A stretch of DNA of 64,000 nucleotides from Patescibacteria group bacterium (GTDB lineage: Bacteria > Patescibacteriota > Minisyncoccia > Phycocordibacterales > BOKC01): the NCBI GenBank assembly GCA_038062955.1, contig JBBTWE010000001.1, positions 320,038 through 384,037 on the forward strand, given 5' to 3'. The translations under genes were made by a program, and so were the position numbers. Under the pieces are notes generated by a model, which saw nothing but the letters and a program-made list of their open reading frames with translations, made no database searches and was not told the origin of the DNA. Shown here one piece after another: positions 1-8,626 of the stretch; the stretch's first letter is position 1; every line of letters starts with the position of its first letter.

Positions 1-399
1 ATGTCAATGAGTTGAAAGTTCTAAAGCGTAATAATCCTTATCTTTTAATCCTCACTTTCTCCTTAATTTTTATTCCTTTCAAAACAAAAACTTCGAAAGA
101 AAATTCTTGATTCCCCCATCTCCCTTTCCAATTTTTCTTAATGATTTTCATGATGAATTTTTAACCAAAATTATATGAAAATATTAACTTCCCACTTCAT
201 CCCACTTGAATGAATTATATACCAAAAGCCTCCAGACTTCACCTAGAAAGTTATCCACACGTGGAAGATTTAAGAAAAGGTTACAAATACACTTTGCAAA
301 ATATGTTTATATGAAAACGCCACGATTATCCAGTTGGATTTTCGTGGCGTTCTTTCCCCTTGATAGAAATTCTGTCCAATCAAAGGGTGTTGAGAGAAG

Positions 400-696
400 C
401 TACTTCTTGGCCTTGCTCACGAGTTCGCGAGAGACCTTGAAGGCTCCTCCAATTTCCTCGAGTGTGTAGACGTAACCGTCTCCGAGGCCGTAGCGAAGCC
501 TGATGCTTCGCTTCTCCGCTAGACGATCGAGAACTGCCTCGATCCTCTTCGCGAGTTGTGCTTGGGTAGTAGCGACTCGTTCGGAAGTTGTGAGTGACTC
601 TGGGGTCACTCCCAGGACTTCAGCGAGCCTCAAAAGAGCAGGTGAGAACTTGTTCGTGTCTGACATGATGCCTCGTTGGGTTGTATTGGAATCCAA
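400..696 (-). CDS. Small sigma-70 region-4-like protein. Only the C-terminal domain of a sigma factor is present (RLRYGLGDGYVYTLEEIGGAFKVSRE), and the protein ends inside the recognition helix. The real start is probably the second ATG at 666 (GAGG SD). This is a GC-rich islet.
   Basis: The ORF track protein matches the sigma70 r4.1/4.2 consensus (LRLRFGL..TLEEVG..VTRER). The locus is GC-rich relative to its flanks. It has its own promoter (702..729) and terminator (318..357). Confidence 0.5.
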   Translation of the reverse strand: MDSNTTQRGIMSDTNKFSPALLRLAEVLGVTPESLTTSERVATTQAQLAKRIEAVLDRLAEKRSIRLRYGLGDGYVYTLEEIGGAFKVSRELVSKAKK

Positions 697-701
697 TTTC
701 T

Positions 702-729
702 AATATAACATATATACATAGTTTGTCAA
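702..729 (-). promoter_or_regulatory. Near-consensus sigma70 promoter (TTGACA-16-TATATT) driving the sigma-r4-like islet gene.
   Basis: The minus-strand sequence reads ttgacaaactatgtatatatgttatatt. Confidence 0.5.
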
Positions 730-869
730 GAGAATTTTGTGTTTTTGTCAAAATATGCCTTAAAGTATGGGTTTTTAAAATTTGGCACCAAAAAATCACC
801 TGCGATAGTGATTTTTTGTTTGGTCCTCCGAATATATTTAATTTTATCCTAAATCCTAAATCGTATATC

Positions 870-1451
870 TTAAATCTTATATCTTCCCTCCACTTCCTTC
901 CAATCAATCGCGCTCCAAAATGCAGTTATGTAATCAGCGCGCTTTATTCCATAGTCGAGCATGAAAGCATGTTCGAAAACATCCATAACCAAAAGTGGTT
1001 TACAGCCTGCTAGATGGCCAACATCATGTTCGTTAACCCAGACATTAAACAATTCTTTATTAGTTGGATCTTCGTAAAGAATTACCCAGCCAATCCCCCG
1101 CATTGCTCCAACAGCTCGAAAATCTTTTTCCCAATTTTCGTAGGAGCCGTAGATTTTGGTTAATTTTTTAAAAAGTTCTGAAGTTTTAGGCAAAGCTTTC
1201 CCTTCCTTCGTCATATTGCCAAAATAAAGTTCGTGGAGACGCATGCCATTAAATTCCCAACCAAAACGACGCACTATTTCTGAATATTCTGGCGTTCCTC
1301 CCTTTCCATCTTTCGCTAGAGCTTCTAATGTAGTAATAATTTTATTCGTATTGGTTACATACCCGCCATAAAGTGTAAAATGGTTTTTTAATAATGCATC
1401 ACTAAAACCCGCTGTGCCCAAAAGATGATCGTAGTTTTGTGCTTCGTACAT
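870..1451 (-). CDS. sodA: Fe/Mn superoxide dismutase
   Basis: The DVFEHAFMLDY...FWSAIDW motif is the canonical Fe/Mn-SOD C-terminal metal-binding signature. Length is 193 aa. Confidence 0.9.
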   Translation of the reverse strand: MYEAQNYDHLLGTAGFSDALLKNHFTLYGGYVTNTNKIITTLEALAKDGKGGTPEYSEIVRRFGWEFNGMRLHELYFGNMTKEGKALPKTSELFKKLTKIYGSYENWEKDFRAVGAMRGIGWVILYEDPTNKELFNVWVNEHDVGHLAGCKPLLVMDVFEHAFMLDYGIKRADYITAFWSAIDWKEVEGRYKI

Positions 1452-1539
1452 ATTTTTTTAATAAGTTAATAAGTAGTAGATTCAAGAATCACCACGAAAC
1501 GCTCAATTTATAAATTCTTTTACTTTTTGAATGCAGTAC

Positions 1540-1625
1540 TAGGCGCGAGCGAGAACCATACCGAGCCGTATGTACTTATACGGTGAGGGAGGCTCGGAGC
1601 GAAGCAACGACGTAATGCGTCAAAA
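1540..1625. repeat. Intercistronic structured repeat, type A, copy 1 (ccgag-CCGTAT-gtactt-ATACGG-tgagggaggCTCGGagcgaagcaacg). It lies between the ahpC stop and the sod start.
   Basis: It shares about 80% identity with the copies at 11718..11800 and 20593..20682. Nested inverted repeats are visible. Confidence 0.7.
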
Positions 1626-1635
1626 ATAAAAGAAT

Positions 1636-2199
1636 TTAAATCTTTCCGACAAGATCTAGCCCCGGCTTCAATGTCTCTTCTCCCGGTTCCCAACCTGCTG
1701 GACAAACCAATCCATCATTTTCTCTGACAAACTTAGCAGCTTGGAGTTTTCTTAAAATTTCCTTGGCGCTTCTGCCGATTGAATTATCATGAAGCTCATA
1801 CGCTTTCAAAATTCCATCCGGGTCAATTATAAAACTTCCTCTTTGGGATTTTCCTTCTTCTTCAATAAATGTGCCAAAAAGCCTGCAAAGTTTCGCAGAT
1901 GGATCAGCAAGCATCGGATATTTTATTTTCTTTATAGCGGGTGACGCATCATGCCAAGCTTTGTGAACTTCAATTCTATCAGTGCTTACGCTCATAATTT
2001 CAGCTCCGATTTTTTTGAATTCAGCATATAAATCTGCGAGCTCTTCTAATTCTGTAGGACAAACAAATGTGAAATCAGCAGGATAAAAAGCTAAAACAAG
2101 CCATTTTCCTGGGTGCTTACTTATATTAAATTTCTTTTCTTTTCCATCATGAAATCCTTGAATCTCAAACGAGGGCACTTTTTCTCCAATTTTAATCAT
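1636..2199 (-). CDS. ahpC: 2-Cys peroxiredoxin (AhpC/TSA family)
   Basis: The FTFVCPTE peroxidatic-Cys motif is present. Length is 187 aa. Confidence 0.9.
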   Translation of the reverse strand: MIKIGEKVPSFEIQGFHDGKEKKFNISKHPGKWLVLAFYPADFTFVCPTELEELADLYAEFKKIGAEIMSVSTDRIEVHKAWHDASPAIKKIKYPMLADPSAKLCRLFGTFIEEEGKSQRGSFIIDPDGILKAYELHDNSIGRSAKEILRKLQAAKFVRENDGLVCPAGWEPGEETLKPGLDLVGKI

Positions 2200-2287
2200 A
2201 TTGTATTTAAAGTATTACTGGATATATTCACATTATATAGATTGGTTTTGCCGATAGCAACAATATAAAAACCACACAAAAATCTGA

Positions 2288-2319
2288 TACCGATAATTAG
2301 CGGTCGCTAGTTATCGGTA
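2288..2319. promoter_or_regulatory. A 14-bp-arm inverted repeat (taccgataattagcg gt cgctagttatcggta) in the divergent ahpC/pyk control region. It is a candidate operator.
   Basis: Seen directly in the sequence. Position is between divergently transcribed ahpC and pyk. Confidence 0.4.
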
Positions 2320-2369
2320 CATGGGAAAATATTAAAAAAGTTGGTTTAAAAGTAAATGAATGCAATGAA

Positions 2370-3854
2370 TTGACTCAAATGGCTAAAGACCATATGATTT
2401 TGGACAACATGGATTTTTCGTTTAAAAAGACCAAAATCGTTGCGACTATTGGCCCTGCGACCGAAAGCGAGGAAACTTTGACATTACTTGCTCGCGCCGG
2501 CATGAATGTCGCCCGTTTGAATTTTTCTCATGGCGACCATAAAGAACATCAAAAAAGAATTACTCTCATCAAAAAAGTTGCGAAAAATTTAGATAGTCCC
2601 GTCGCAATTCTTCAGGATTTAAGCGGACCAAAAATAAGGATTGGTGATTTTGGTGGGACAGGTCAGATCACCTTGGTAAAAGACGCGATATTTAAATTAA
2701 CAACTAAAAAAATAGTCGGTGACGAAACAATCGTGCACGTTAATTACCCAAACCTGCCCAAAGAAGTAAAGGTTGGAAATTTTATTCTTGTAGATGACGG
2801 TAAAAAGAAACTGCAGATTGTTAAAACTTCAAAGGATGAGGTCGTAACCAAAGTGATTATTGGCGGCGACATAAAAAGCCGTCGAGGAGTGAATCTTCCC
2901 GGAAGCTATCTCAAAATTAGCGCCATAACTCCAAAAGATAAAATCGATCTAGCCTTTGGAATAAAAAACAAAGTAGATTTTGTGGCGCTTTCATTTGTCA
3001 GAGAGGCCGCTGATATTTTACAACTTAGAAAGTTGCTTAAGGCTGGAAAATCCGATGCTCAAATAATCGCCAAAATTGAAACTATGGAGGCGATAGAAAA
3101 TATAAATGAAATAGTAGACGTATCAGATGGAATAATGATAGCTCGTGGCGACTTAGCCATTGAGATTCCTGCTCAATATGTGCCACTCATTCAAAAAGAA
3201 ATAATTGAAAAATGTAATAGTGTTGGAAAGCCTGTCATCACCGCAACCCAGATGCTCGAATCAATGATCCGTGTTCCCGTTCCAACCCGAGCGGAAGTGT
3301 CGGACGTAGCTAATTCAATTTTAGACGGGTCAGACGCCGTCATGCTTTCCGAGGAAACTGCCTTGGGACAATTCCCCATTTTAGCTGTTGAAATGATGAC
3401 TCAAATTGCCAAACATGTTGAAGAAAAAATAAAATCGAAAGATTTCGAAAAAGTTTTGGGTCAAAACGCGAAAGATGCGTTACTGATAACAAAAGATGCC
3501 CCGGACGCAATCAGTTATTCGGCTACGCGAGTTGCCACCAGAGTTGGAGCGCGTGCGATCATTGCCCTCACCGAGTCTGGATTTACTGCTCGAATGCTTT
3601 CAAGATTCAAACCCCATGAACCAATAATTGTTATGACCCCACACGAACGCACCAAAACCAGAATGGCTTTAAGCTTCGGTTGTCTTCCTGTAAAAATAAA
3701 GGGATTTAAACATATTTATGAGGTTAGAGATATGGTAAGTCAGTTTGTAAAAGAAAAAGAAATTGCGAAGACGGGAGATAAGATTGTGATTGTAGCGGGC
3801 GTGCCGTTTGGAAAAGCTGGTGGAACGAATACTATACTAGTACACACCGTGTAA
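2370..3854 (+). CDS. pyk: Pyruvate kinase
   Basis: The motifs KIVATIGPA, NFSHG, MIARGDLAIEIP and TQMLESM are present. Length is 494 aa. Confidence 0.93.
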   Translation: MTQMAKDHMILDNMDFSFKKTKIVATIGPATESEETLTLLARAGMNVARLNFSHGDHKEHQKRITLIKKVAKNLDSPVAILQDLSGPKIRIGDFGGTGQITLVKDAIFKLTTKKIVGDETIVHVNYPNLPKEVKVGNFILVDDGKKKLQIVKTSKDEVVTKVIIGGDIKSRRGVNLPGSYLKISAITPKDKIDLAFGIKNKVDFVALSFVREAADILQLRKLLKAGKSDAQIIAKIETMEAIENINEIVDVSDGIMIARGDLAIEIPAQYVPLIQKEIIEKCNSVGKPVITATQMLESMIRVPVPTRAEVSDVANSILDGSDAVMLSEETALGQFPILAVEMMTQIAKHVEEKIKSKDFEKVLGQNAKDALLITKDAPDAISYSATRVATRVGARAIIALTESGFTARMLSRFKPHEPIIVMTPHERTKTRMALSFGCLPVKIKGFKHIYEVRDMVSQFVKEKEIAKTGDKIVIVAGVPFGKAGGTNTILVHTV

Positions 3855-3861
3855 ATTCTTT

Positions 3862-5517
3862 TTAAATAAATAATTTAGCAAGACGAATTTCTTCGTAACC
3901 GAACCTTTCTCCTTTTCTGTTTAATTTATTGTAGATCGGCACAAGCTTCAATTCTTTTTCTTTGCTTTTAAGTTCTATACAAACATCTTGTATCTTTTTA
4001 AACCTCGCAGGCTCGGGTTTTAGATAAGAAATATCCAAAGTTTTATCAAATTTCCAAAGTTCTTCTATATGATTTAAAATCGTACCATTAGTTAAGCCTC
4101 GTTCTTTCGCAATAAAATGAACCGGCATTTGGAGTTTGATAAAATCCTTAGTCACTTCGAAAGTCGAAATCTTTTTAGTTTTTTTCTTACCCCGAAGCGC
4201 TTTTGGTGAAATCTTTTCTAAATATTTTTCTATATTTTTCTGCAAATCCTGCTGGTGGACAGACTCAATATCCTCGCTTAATTTTTCTGACTTTTCGAGT
4301 AATGTTTGATCGAAATTTAAAACATCTTCGTTTACAGCAAGCGCCATTTCATTTAAACCGAGAAGGCTCAAACCGTCTATACTGCGAACTCGAGAAAGAG
4401 CAACGTAACCCATTCCCCTCTCAAAAGATTTGGAGAGATCAATCTCGGCGGCATCAAGCGTCATCCCCTGACTCTTATGAACTGTAATCGCCCAAGCAAG
4501 ACGAAGTGGCACTTGAGTAATTTCCGCCTTTCGTTTTCCTTCTTCTTCGATCACCCACTCCATGGGGCTCGCTGTGATTATTTTACCAGAGAGTGTACGG
4601 ACCACTGGCCCCGCATCATCAAAACGTATAACTTTACCCAACGTACCATTCACGAAACCTTGTTCATAATTATTTTTCACAAACATCACCTGCGCGCCAA
4701 TTTTTAGATTCAATTTTTCAGGCGCCAAACAACTTTTTTTCAAAACCTCCACCAAATGTTCCGATCCACGTGCTTCCATCTCAAAAAGTCTTCCTTCTCC
4801 ATCTACCCTCTCAAGCTCTACCTGGTTTATTTGGTCTACGTCTGCGTTGTGAGTGTAAAGTCTTGTTGGTTTAAGATCACCTTTTAATTTCTTGTTCAGG
4901 CGTGAGTGGAGATGCGCGATGGTCTCTTCGGATACATTATTTTGTCTAATATCATTTAAAATTTTAATAGAAACATCATCAAACTGACGATGCTGTTCAT
5001 CGAGGTAGCAAACTTTAACATTCATCTCTCGCCAAGAATCAGATTTGTAAACGAAATGCGCGTCTTGTTCACCCATTCGACTTACTGGCGGCAACTGGAA
5101 AAAATCGCCGCATAAAACTACTTGAATTCCACCAAATGGCAGACTATTTCTTTTGAAGCTTTTTAAAATTTGATTGATGAGATCCAAGCGGAAATGATGG
5201 AGCATGGAGACTTCATCAATAATAAGAACCTTAACCCGTTCCATTCTTTTCCAAAGATACGGTTTTTGCTCCATCAAATCCAAATCACGCGCCGTGAGCC
5301 TATCGCGAATTCCAAGCCCTGACCAAGAATGAATAGTAACTCCGTTCATATGAGTCGCGGCAATTCCAGTTGAAGCAGTGATACCAGTTTCAACTTCGTT
5401 TTCTTTGAGATACTCAATAAACTGATTCAAAAGATATGTCTTTCCACTCCCAGCCCTGCCGGTTAAAAAAACATTATGCCCGAGTTTGAGAATTTGTAAG
5501 GCTTGTTTCTGTTTCAT
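3862..5517 (-). CDS. Pif1/RecD-family ATP-dependent DNA helicase with a C-terminal extra domain of about 150 aa.
   Basis: Walker A (GRAGSGKTYLL), Walker B (LIIDEVSM), LCGDFFQLPPV and a UvrD_C-like VHKSQGMTLD segment are present. Confidence 0.8.
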   Translation of the reverse strand: MKQKQALQILKLGHNVFLTGRAGSGKTYLLNQFIEYLKENEVETGITASTGIAATHMNGVTIHSWSGLGIRDRLTARDLDLMEQKPYLWKRMERVKVLIIDEVSMLHHFRLDLINQILKSFKRNSLPFGGIQVVLCGDFFQLPPVSRMGEQDAHFVYKSDSWREMNVKVCYLDEQHRQFDDVSIKILNDIRQNNVSEETIAHLHSRLNKKLKGDLKPTRLYTHNADVDQINQVELERVDGEGRLFEMEARGSEHLVEVLKKSCLAPEKLNLKIGAQVMFVKNNYEQGFVNGTLGKVIRFDDAGPVVRTLSGKIITASPMEWVIEEEGKRKAEITQVPLRLAWAITVHKSQGMTLDAAEIDLSKSFERGMGYVALSRVRSIDGLSLLGLNEMALAVNEDVLNFDQTLLEKSEKLSEDIESVHQQDLQKNIEKYLEKISPKALRGKKKTKKISTFEVTKDFIKLQMPVHFIAKERGLTNGTILNHIEELWKFDKTLDISYLKPEPARFKKIQDVCIELKSKEKELKLVPIYNKLNRKGERFGYEEIRLAKLFI

Positions 5518-5529
5518 AAATCAATATGG

Positions 5530-5700
5530 GACAGTTAGTATTTAGTATATTAACACTAACAGAATTTTCAATTTACAATTACCAATTTTCAATGAATTAT
5601 CAATGTTTCAATTTTCAATTGATAATTGTCTCTCTTTATCTCGCGGAGCGAGAGAGTTTGGGGCTTGATTGATAATTGGTTATTGATAATTGATAATTTT
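5530..5700. repeat. Iteron-like short direct repeats (caattttcaat and attgataattg units, several copies each) plus a small hairpin (ctcgc-gga-gcgag) in the helicase intergenic/promoter region.
   Basis: Seen directly in the sequence. Confidence 0.4.
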
Positions 5701-5708
5701 CTTTAACT

Positions 5709-7787
5709 CTATTCTATCTTATACTCAAACGTACCTTCCTGGGCTTCTGATAAAAATCGGCTAGGGAAACTGAAATACTGATCGAAGCTCATCGAGAAAG
5801 ATGGCATCGTAATAAATAAATTATATTTTGCTCTAGTGCAAGCAACATAAAAAAGACGTCTCTCTTCTTCAAGTTCCAACACTTTACGCACAGCTCTATG
5901 TGAAGGCAAAAGTCCATCAAGAGAGTGGACTACAAAAACCGTTCCCCATTCAAGACCTTTGGCGGAATGGATTGTTGAAAGAGTGACATAACCATTTTCC
6001 CTTTCATCAAATTGCACTTCTCCATCATGAGCTTCGTTAGGGGGGTCAAGAGAGAAATCATTTAGGAAAGTGCTAACATTTCCGTAAGTGGCAGCCATTT
6101 TCTTTAATGAATGCAAGTCGTTCTTCCTGATTTCTGAATCTTCTTCAGTTTGATCAAGAAAAGGAAAATAATAATCAAATATTAAATCAAACTTGTTCTC
6201 TATGTCGTCACCCCCTCTTATACTTTCTATAAGCAGGAAGAGTTTTGAGATATCATTCCAATATTTTTTGTTGCCAAACTGTTTTTTCAAATCAACGCCT
6301 TCGGTAATCGTTTCGATTATTCGAAAAAGCGTTTTCTCACCAACACCTTCAACCATGTTTAAAAGCCGAGTCCAAGCTGGAGAATCTTTGTAATTTTCAG
6401 AAGCTCGTAAGAAACTAAGCAAATCTTTAACATGTTTTCGTTCTATAAACTTAATACCGCCCACAGTTATAAAAGGTATTCTTCTGGTTAATAGTTCTTT
6501 TTGGACGAAGTTGCTTTGCCATGATGACCTATAAAGCACGGCAATCTCACTTAATTTTTTATCCTGTTCGTAGAGTTCTTGAATTTTGTTTGCAATAAAC
6601 TTGGCTTCCATTTCTTCATCGTAAAACTTCAAAGCTTGAGGTTTGAGACCGCCTGTCTTTTCAGTATAAAGATTCTTGGAATATCCCATGAGTGCATTGT
6701 TTATGACACTGTTCGTAAATTTTAATATTTCTTCTGTACTACGATAATTTCTTTCCACTTTCACCACTTTTCCATCAGGAAAATCTTTCGAGAAAGACAA
6801 AATATTTTCAAAATTAGCGCCTCTGAAAGCATAAATGCTTTGCGCATCGTCCCCCACAACAGTTATGTTTTTACTTTGAGCACTCAAGAGTTTTAATATT
6901 TCTCTCTGAACCTTGTTTGTATCTTGATATTCATCAACTAAAAAATATTTGTATTGATCATGGATTCTCTGTCTGAATTTTTCATTATTTTTGAGTTTTT
7001 CTTTAAAAATCTCCAAGATATCATCATAATCAAAAAGATTGGCTCGTCTTTTATAACTTTGGAATTTTTCGTTAATCTGTTTGATGTCAGACACATAATC
7101 CAAAAGTTTTGGATGCTCTTCGGCAATAATTGTCGGGATATCAAAACCTTTATTCCTCGAGGAAGATATTATTTCTTGAAGCTGATTTTTATTCGGGAAC
7201 AGAGACTTTATTGGATTTTTTTTAAGATTTAAAGAATTTTTTACCAAACCTATAATATCGGCTGAATCTGCGGTATCTATTATGGAAAAAGTTGGATCAA
7301 TTTCAGCATATGCGTGAAATTGACGAAGCAACCTTGAAGCAAAAGAATGGAAAGTGCCTCCAGATATTTTTTTTACTTCATCGCTCAAATTTAACTTTTT
7401 TACACGATCCAACATCTCCTTGGCCGCTTTCTTGGTAAAAGTTAAAAGAGCGATAGAAGACGGTGGGACTTTTTTTTCAATTAAATAACACACTTTGTGG
7501 ACTATCACTCTGGTTTTGCCGCTACCAGCTCCAGCAATCACAAGCATCGGCCCTTCCGTCGAAACAACCGCGCTTAGTTGTTCTTGATTTAATAATTTTG
7601 CATATGGTATTGATAAACCATCATCTTTAAAATCAGTAATTTTTTCTTTGCTTTCCTTGGCCCTTTTTTCCACAGACTTAATGTTTGTTTTTATAAGTTC
7701 AAGAAGGCTCTCGGGAATTCCCCCTTTTGGATAATCAAAATTATATTTAGATGGAAGATTTGGAGTTTCGCGATCGAGTAATCCCAT
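5709..7787 (-). CDS. uvrD: UvrD/PcrA/Rep-family DNA helicase
   Basis: Helicase motif I (AGAGSGKT) lies in an N-terminal region typical of the UvrD family. Length is 692 aa. Confidence 0.88.
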   Translation of the reverse strand: MGLLDRETPNLPSKYNFDYPKGGIPESLLELIKTNIKSVEKRAKESKEKITDFKDDGLSIPYAKLLNQEQLSAVVSTEGPMLVIAGAGSGKTRVIVHKVCYLIEKKVPPSSIALLTFTKKAAKEMLDRVKKLNLSDEVKKISGGTFHSFASRLLRQFHAYAEIDPTFSIIDTADSADIIGLVKNSLNLKKNPIKSLFPNKNQLQEIISSSRNKGFDIPTIIAEEHPKLLDYVSDIKQINEKFQSYKRRANLFDYDDILEIFKEKLKNNEKFRQRIHDQYKYFLVDEYQDTNKVQREILKLLSAQSKNITVVGDDAQSIYAFRGANFENILSFSKDFPDGKVVKVERNYRSTEEILKFTNSVINNALMGYSKNLYTEKTGGLKPQALKFYDEEMEAKFIANKIQELYEQDKKLSEIAVLYRSSWQSNFVQKELLTRRIPFITVGGIKFIERKHVKDLLSFLRASENYKDSPAWTRLLNMVEGVGEKTLFRIIETITEGVDLKKQFGNKKYWNDISKLFLLIESIRGGDDIENKFDLIFDYYFPFLDQTEEDSEIRKNDLHSLKKMAATYGNVSTFLNDFSLDPPNEAHDGEVQFDERENGYVTLSTIHSAKGLEWGTVFVVHSLDGLLPSHRAVRKVLELEEERRLFYVACTRAKYNLFITMPSFSMSFDQYFSFPSRFLSEAQEGTFEYKIE

Positions 7788-7801
7788 ATTGTTAAAATTT
7801 A

Positions 7802-7830
7802 AGATATCAGATTTAAGATTTAAGATTTTT
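7802..7830. repeat. Tandem 9-10-bp ATTTAAGAT repeats in the greA/uvrD intergenic region
   Basis: The same unit recurs at 845..888, 16292..16390, 23164..23194, 24535..24572, 61061..61100 and 63436..63466. Confidence 0.6.
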
Positions 7831-7964
7831 TTGATTTATCTAATTTCTTATTAGTGATTCATTGTATCAAAATATGTAAATAAACGGCACATAATTTAAA
7901 ACCAGCAAAGATTTACCTTGCTGGTTTTAAATTTTTTTCTAATCTCTCCAATATTTTTAATTTT

Positions 7965-8480
7965 CTACTTGATTTCTATTATCTTATATTTAACCGAACC
8001 TTGTGGAGTGTTGAAAGAAAAAATATCACCTTTCTTTTTTCTCAAAATGGCTTGCCCAAATGGAGATTTGTTTGAAACTTTATTTTTACTTATATCAGCT
8101 TCTTCGGAACCAACGATTGTGAAAGTTTGCGGACCATTCCCTTTTTCTTTTTCTACTGTAACCACAGAGCTTACCGCAACTTCTTCGCTGTTATGAGCTC
8201 CTGTTATTTTTGCTGATTTGAGAAGGATCTCAAGTCTTGCAATTCTATCTTCAACGTTAGCCTGATCTCCACGAGCTTCCTGATATTCAGCGTTTTCTGA
8301 TAAATCACCAAGGGAACGAGCGTATTCCAGATGCTCGGCAATTTCTTTCCTTTTAGTTTTTTTGAGATGCTCTAACTCTTTTGTTAATTCACTAAATTTT
8401 TCTTTGGTTAAGTATTCTGTCTCATTCATAAATATATAACTTCCATATTTGGCCAATTTTGTAGTAAAAACTTGTCTCAA
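7965..8480 (-). CDS. greA: Transcription elongation factor GreA
   Basis: The coiled-coil N-domain plus FKBP-like C-domain and the LSENAEY motif are present. Confidence 0.9.
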   Translation of the reverse strand: MRQVFTTKLAKYGSYIFMNETEYLTKEKFSELTKELEHLKKTKRKEIAEHLEYARSLGDLSENAEYQEARGDQANVEDRIARLEILLKSAKITGAHNSEEVAVSSVVTVEKEKGNGPQTFTIVGSEEADISKNKVSNKSPFGQAILRKKKGDIFSFNTPQGSVKYKIIEIK

Positions 8481-8586
8481 ATCTGAAAGTTCTAAATTTC
8501 TATAGTAAATATTATTATAGTAATAAATAAATTGATTTTGAAATATTATACACCAAAACGTTAAAAGTCAATTCTAAATTTTAGAT

Positions 8587-8626
8587 AAAAAAAGCCCGCA
8601 GCGTTGGATCGTGGACAACGCTGCGG
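8587..8626 (-). terminator. Intrinsic terminator ending the minus-strand transcript of GC-rich island 1 (stem ccgcagcgttg/caacgctgcgg followed by a U-run).
   Basis: Hairpin followed by aaaaaaa on the plus strand, which reads as a U-tract on the minus-strand RNA. Confidence 0.6.

Noticed and set aside
1566-1591. Type-A repeat as a group II intron domain V
   Set aside because: It shares GAGCCGUAUG with the domain V 5' consensus, but the element is only 26 nt long with a 6-nt loop. It lacks the bulged 34-nt domain V geometry and there is no reverse transcriptase or maturase ORF or other intron domains nearby.
7802-7830. Possible CRISPR array from the short tandem repeats
   Set aside because: The units are 9-10 bp and directly adjacent with no spacers. 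There are no 25-40-bp repeats with unique spacers and no cas genes anywhere in the window.
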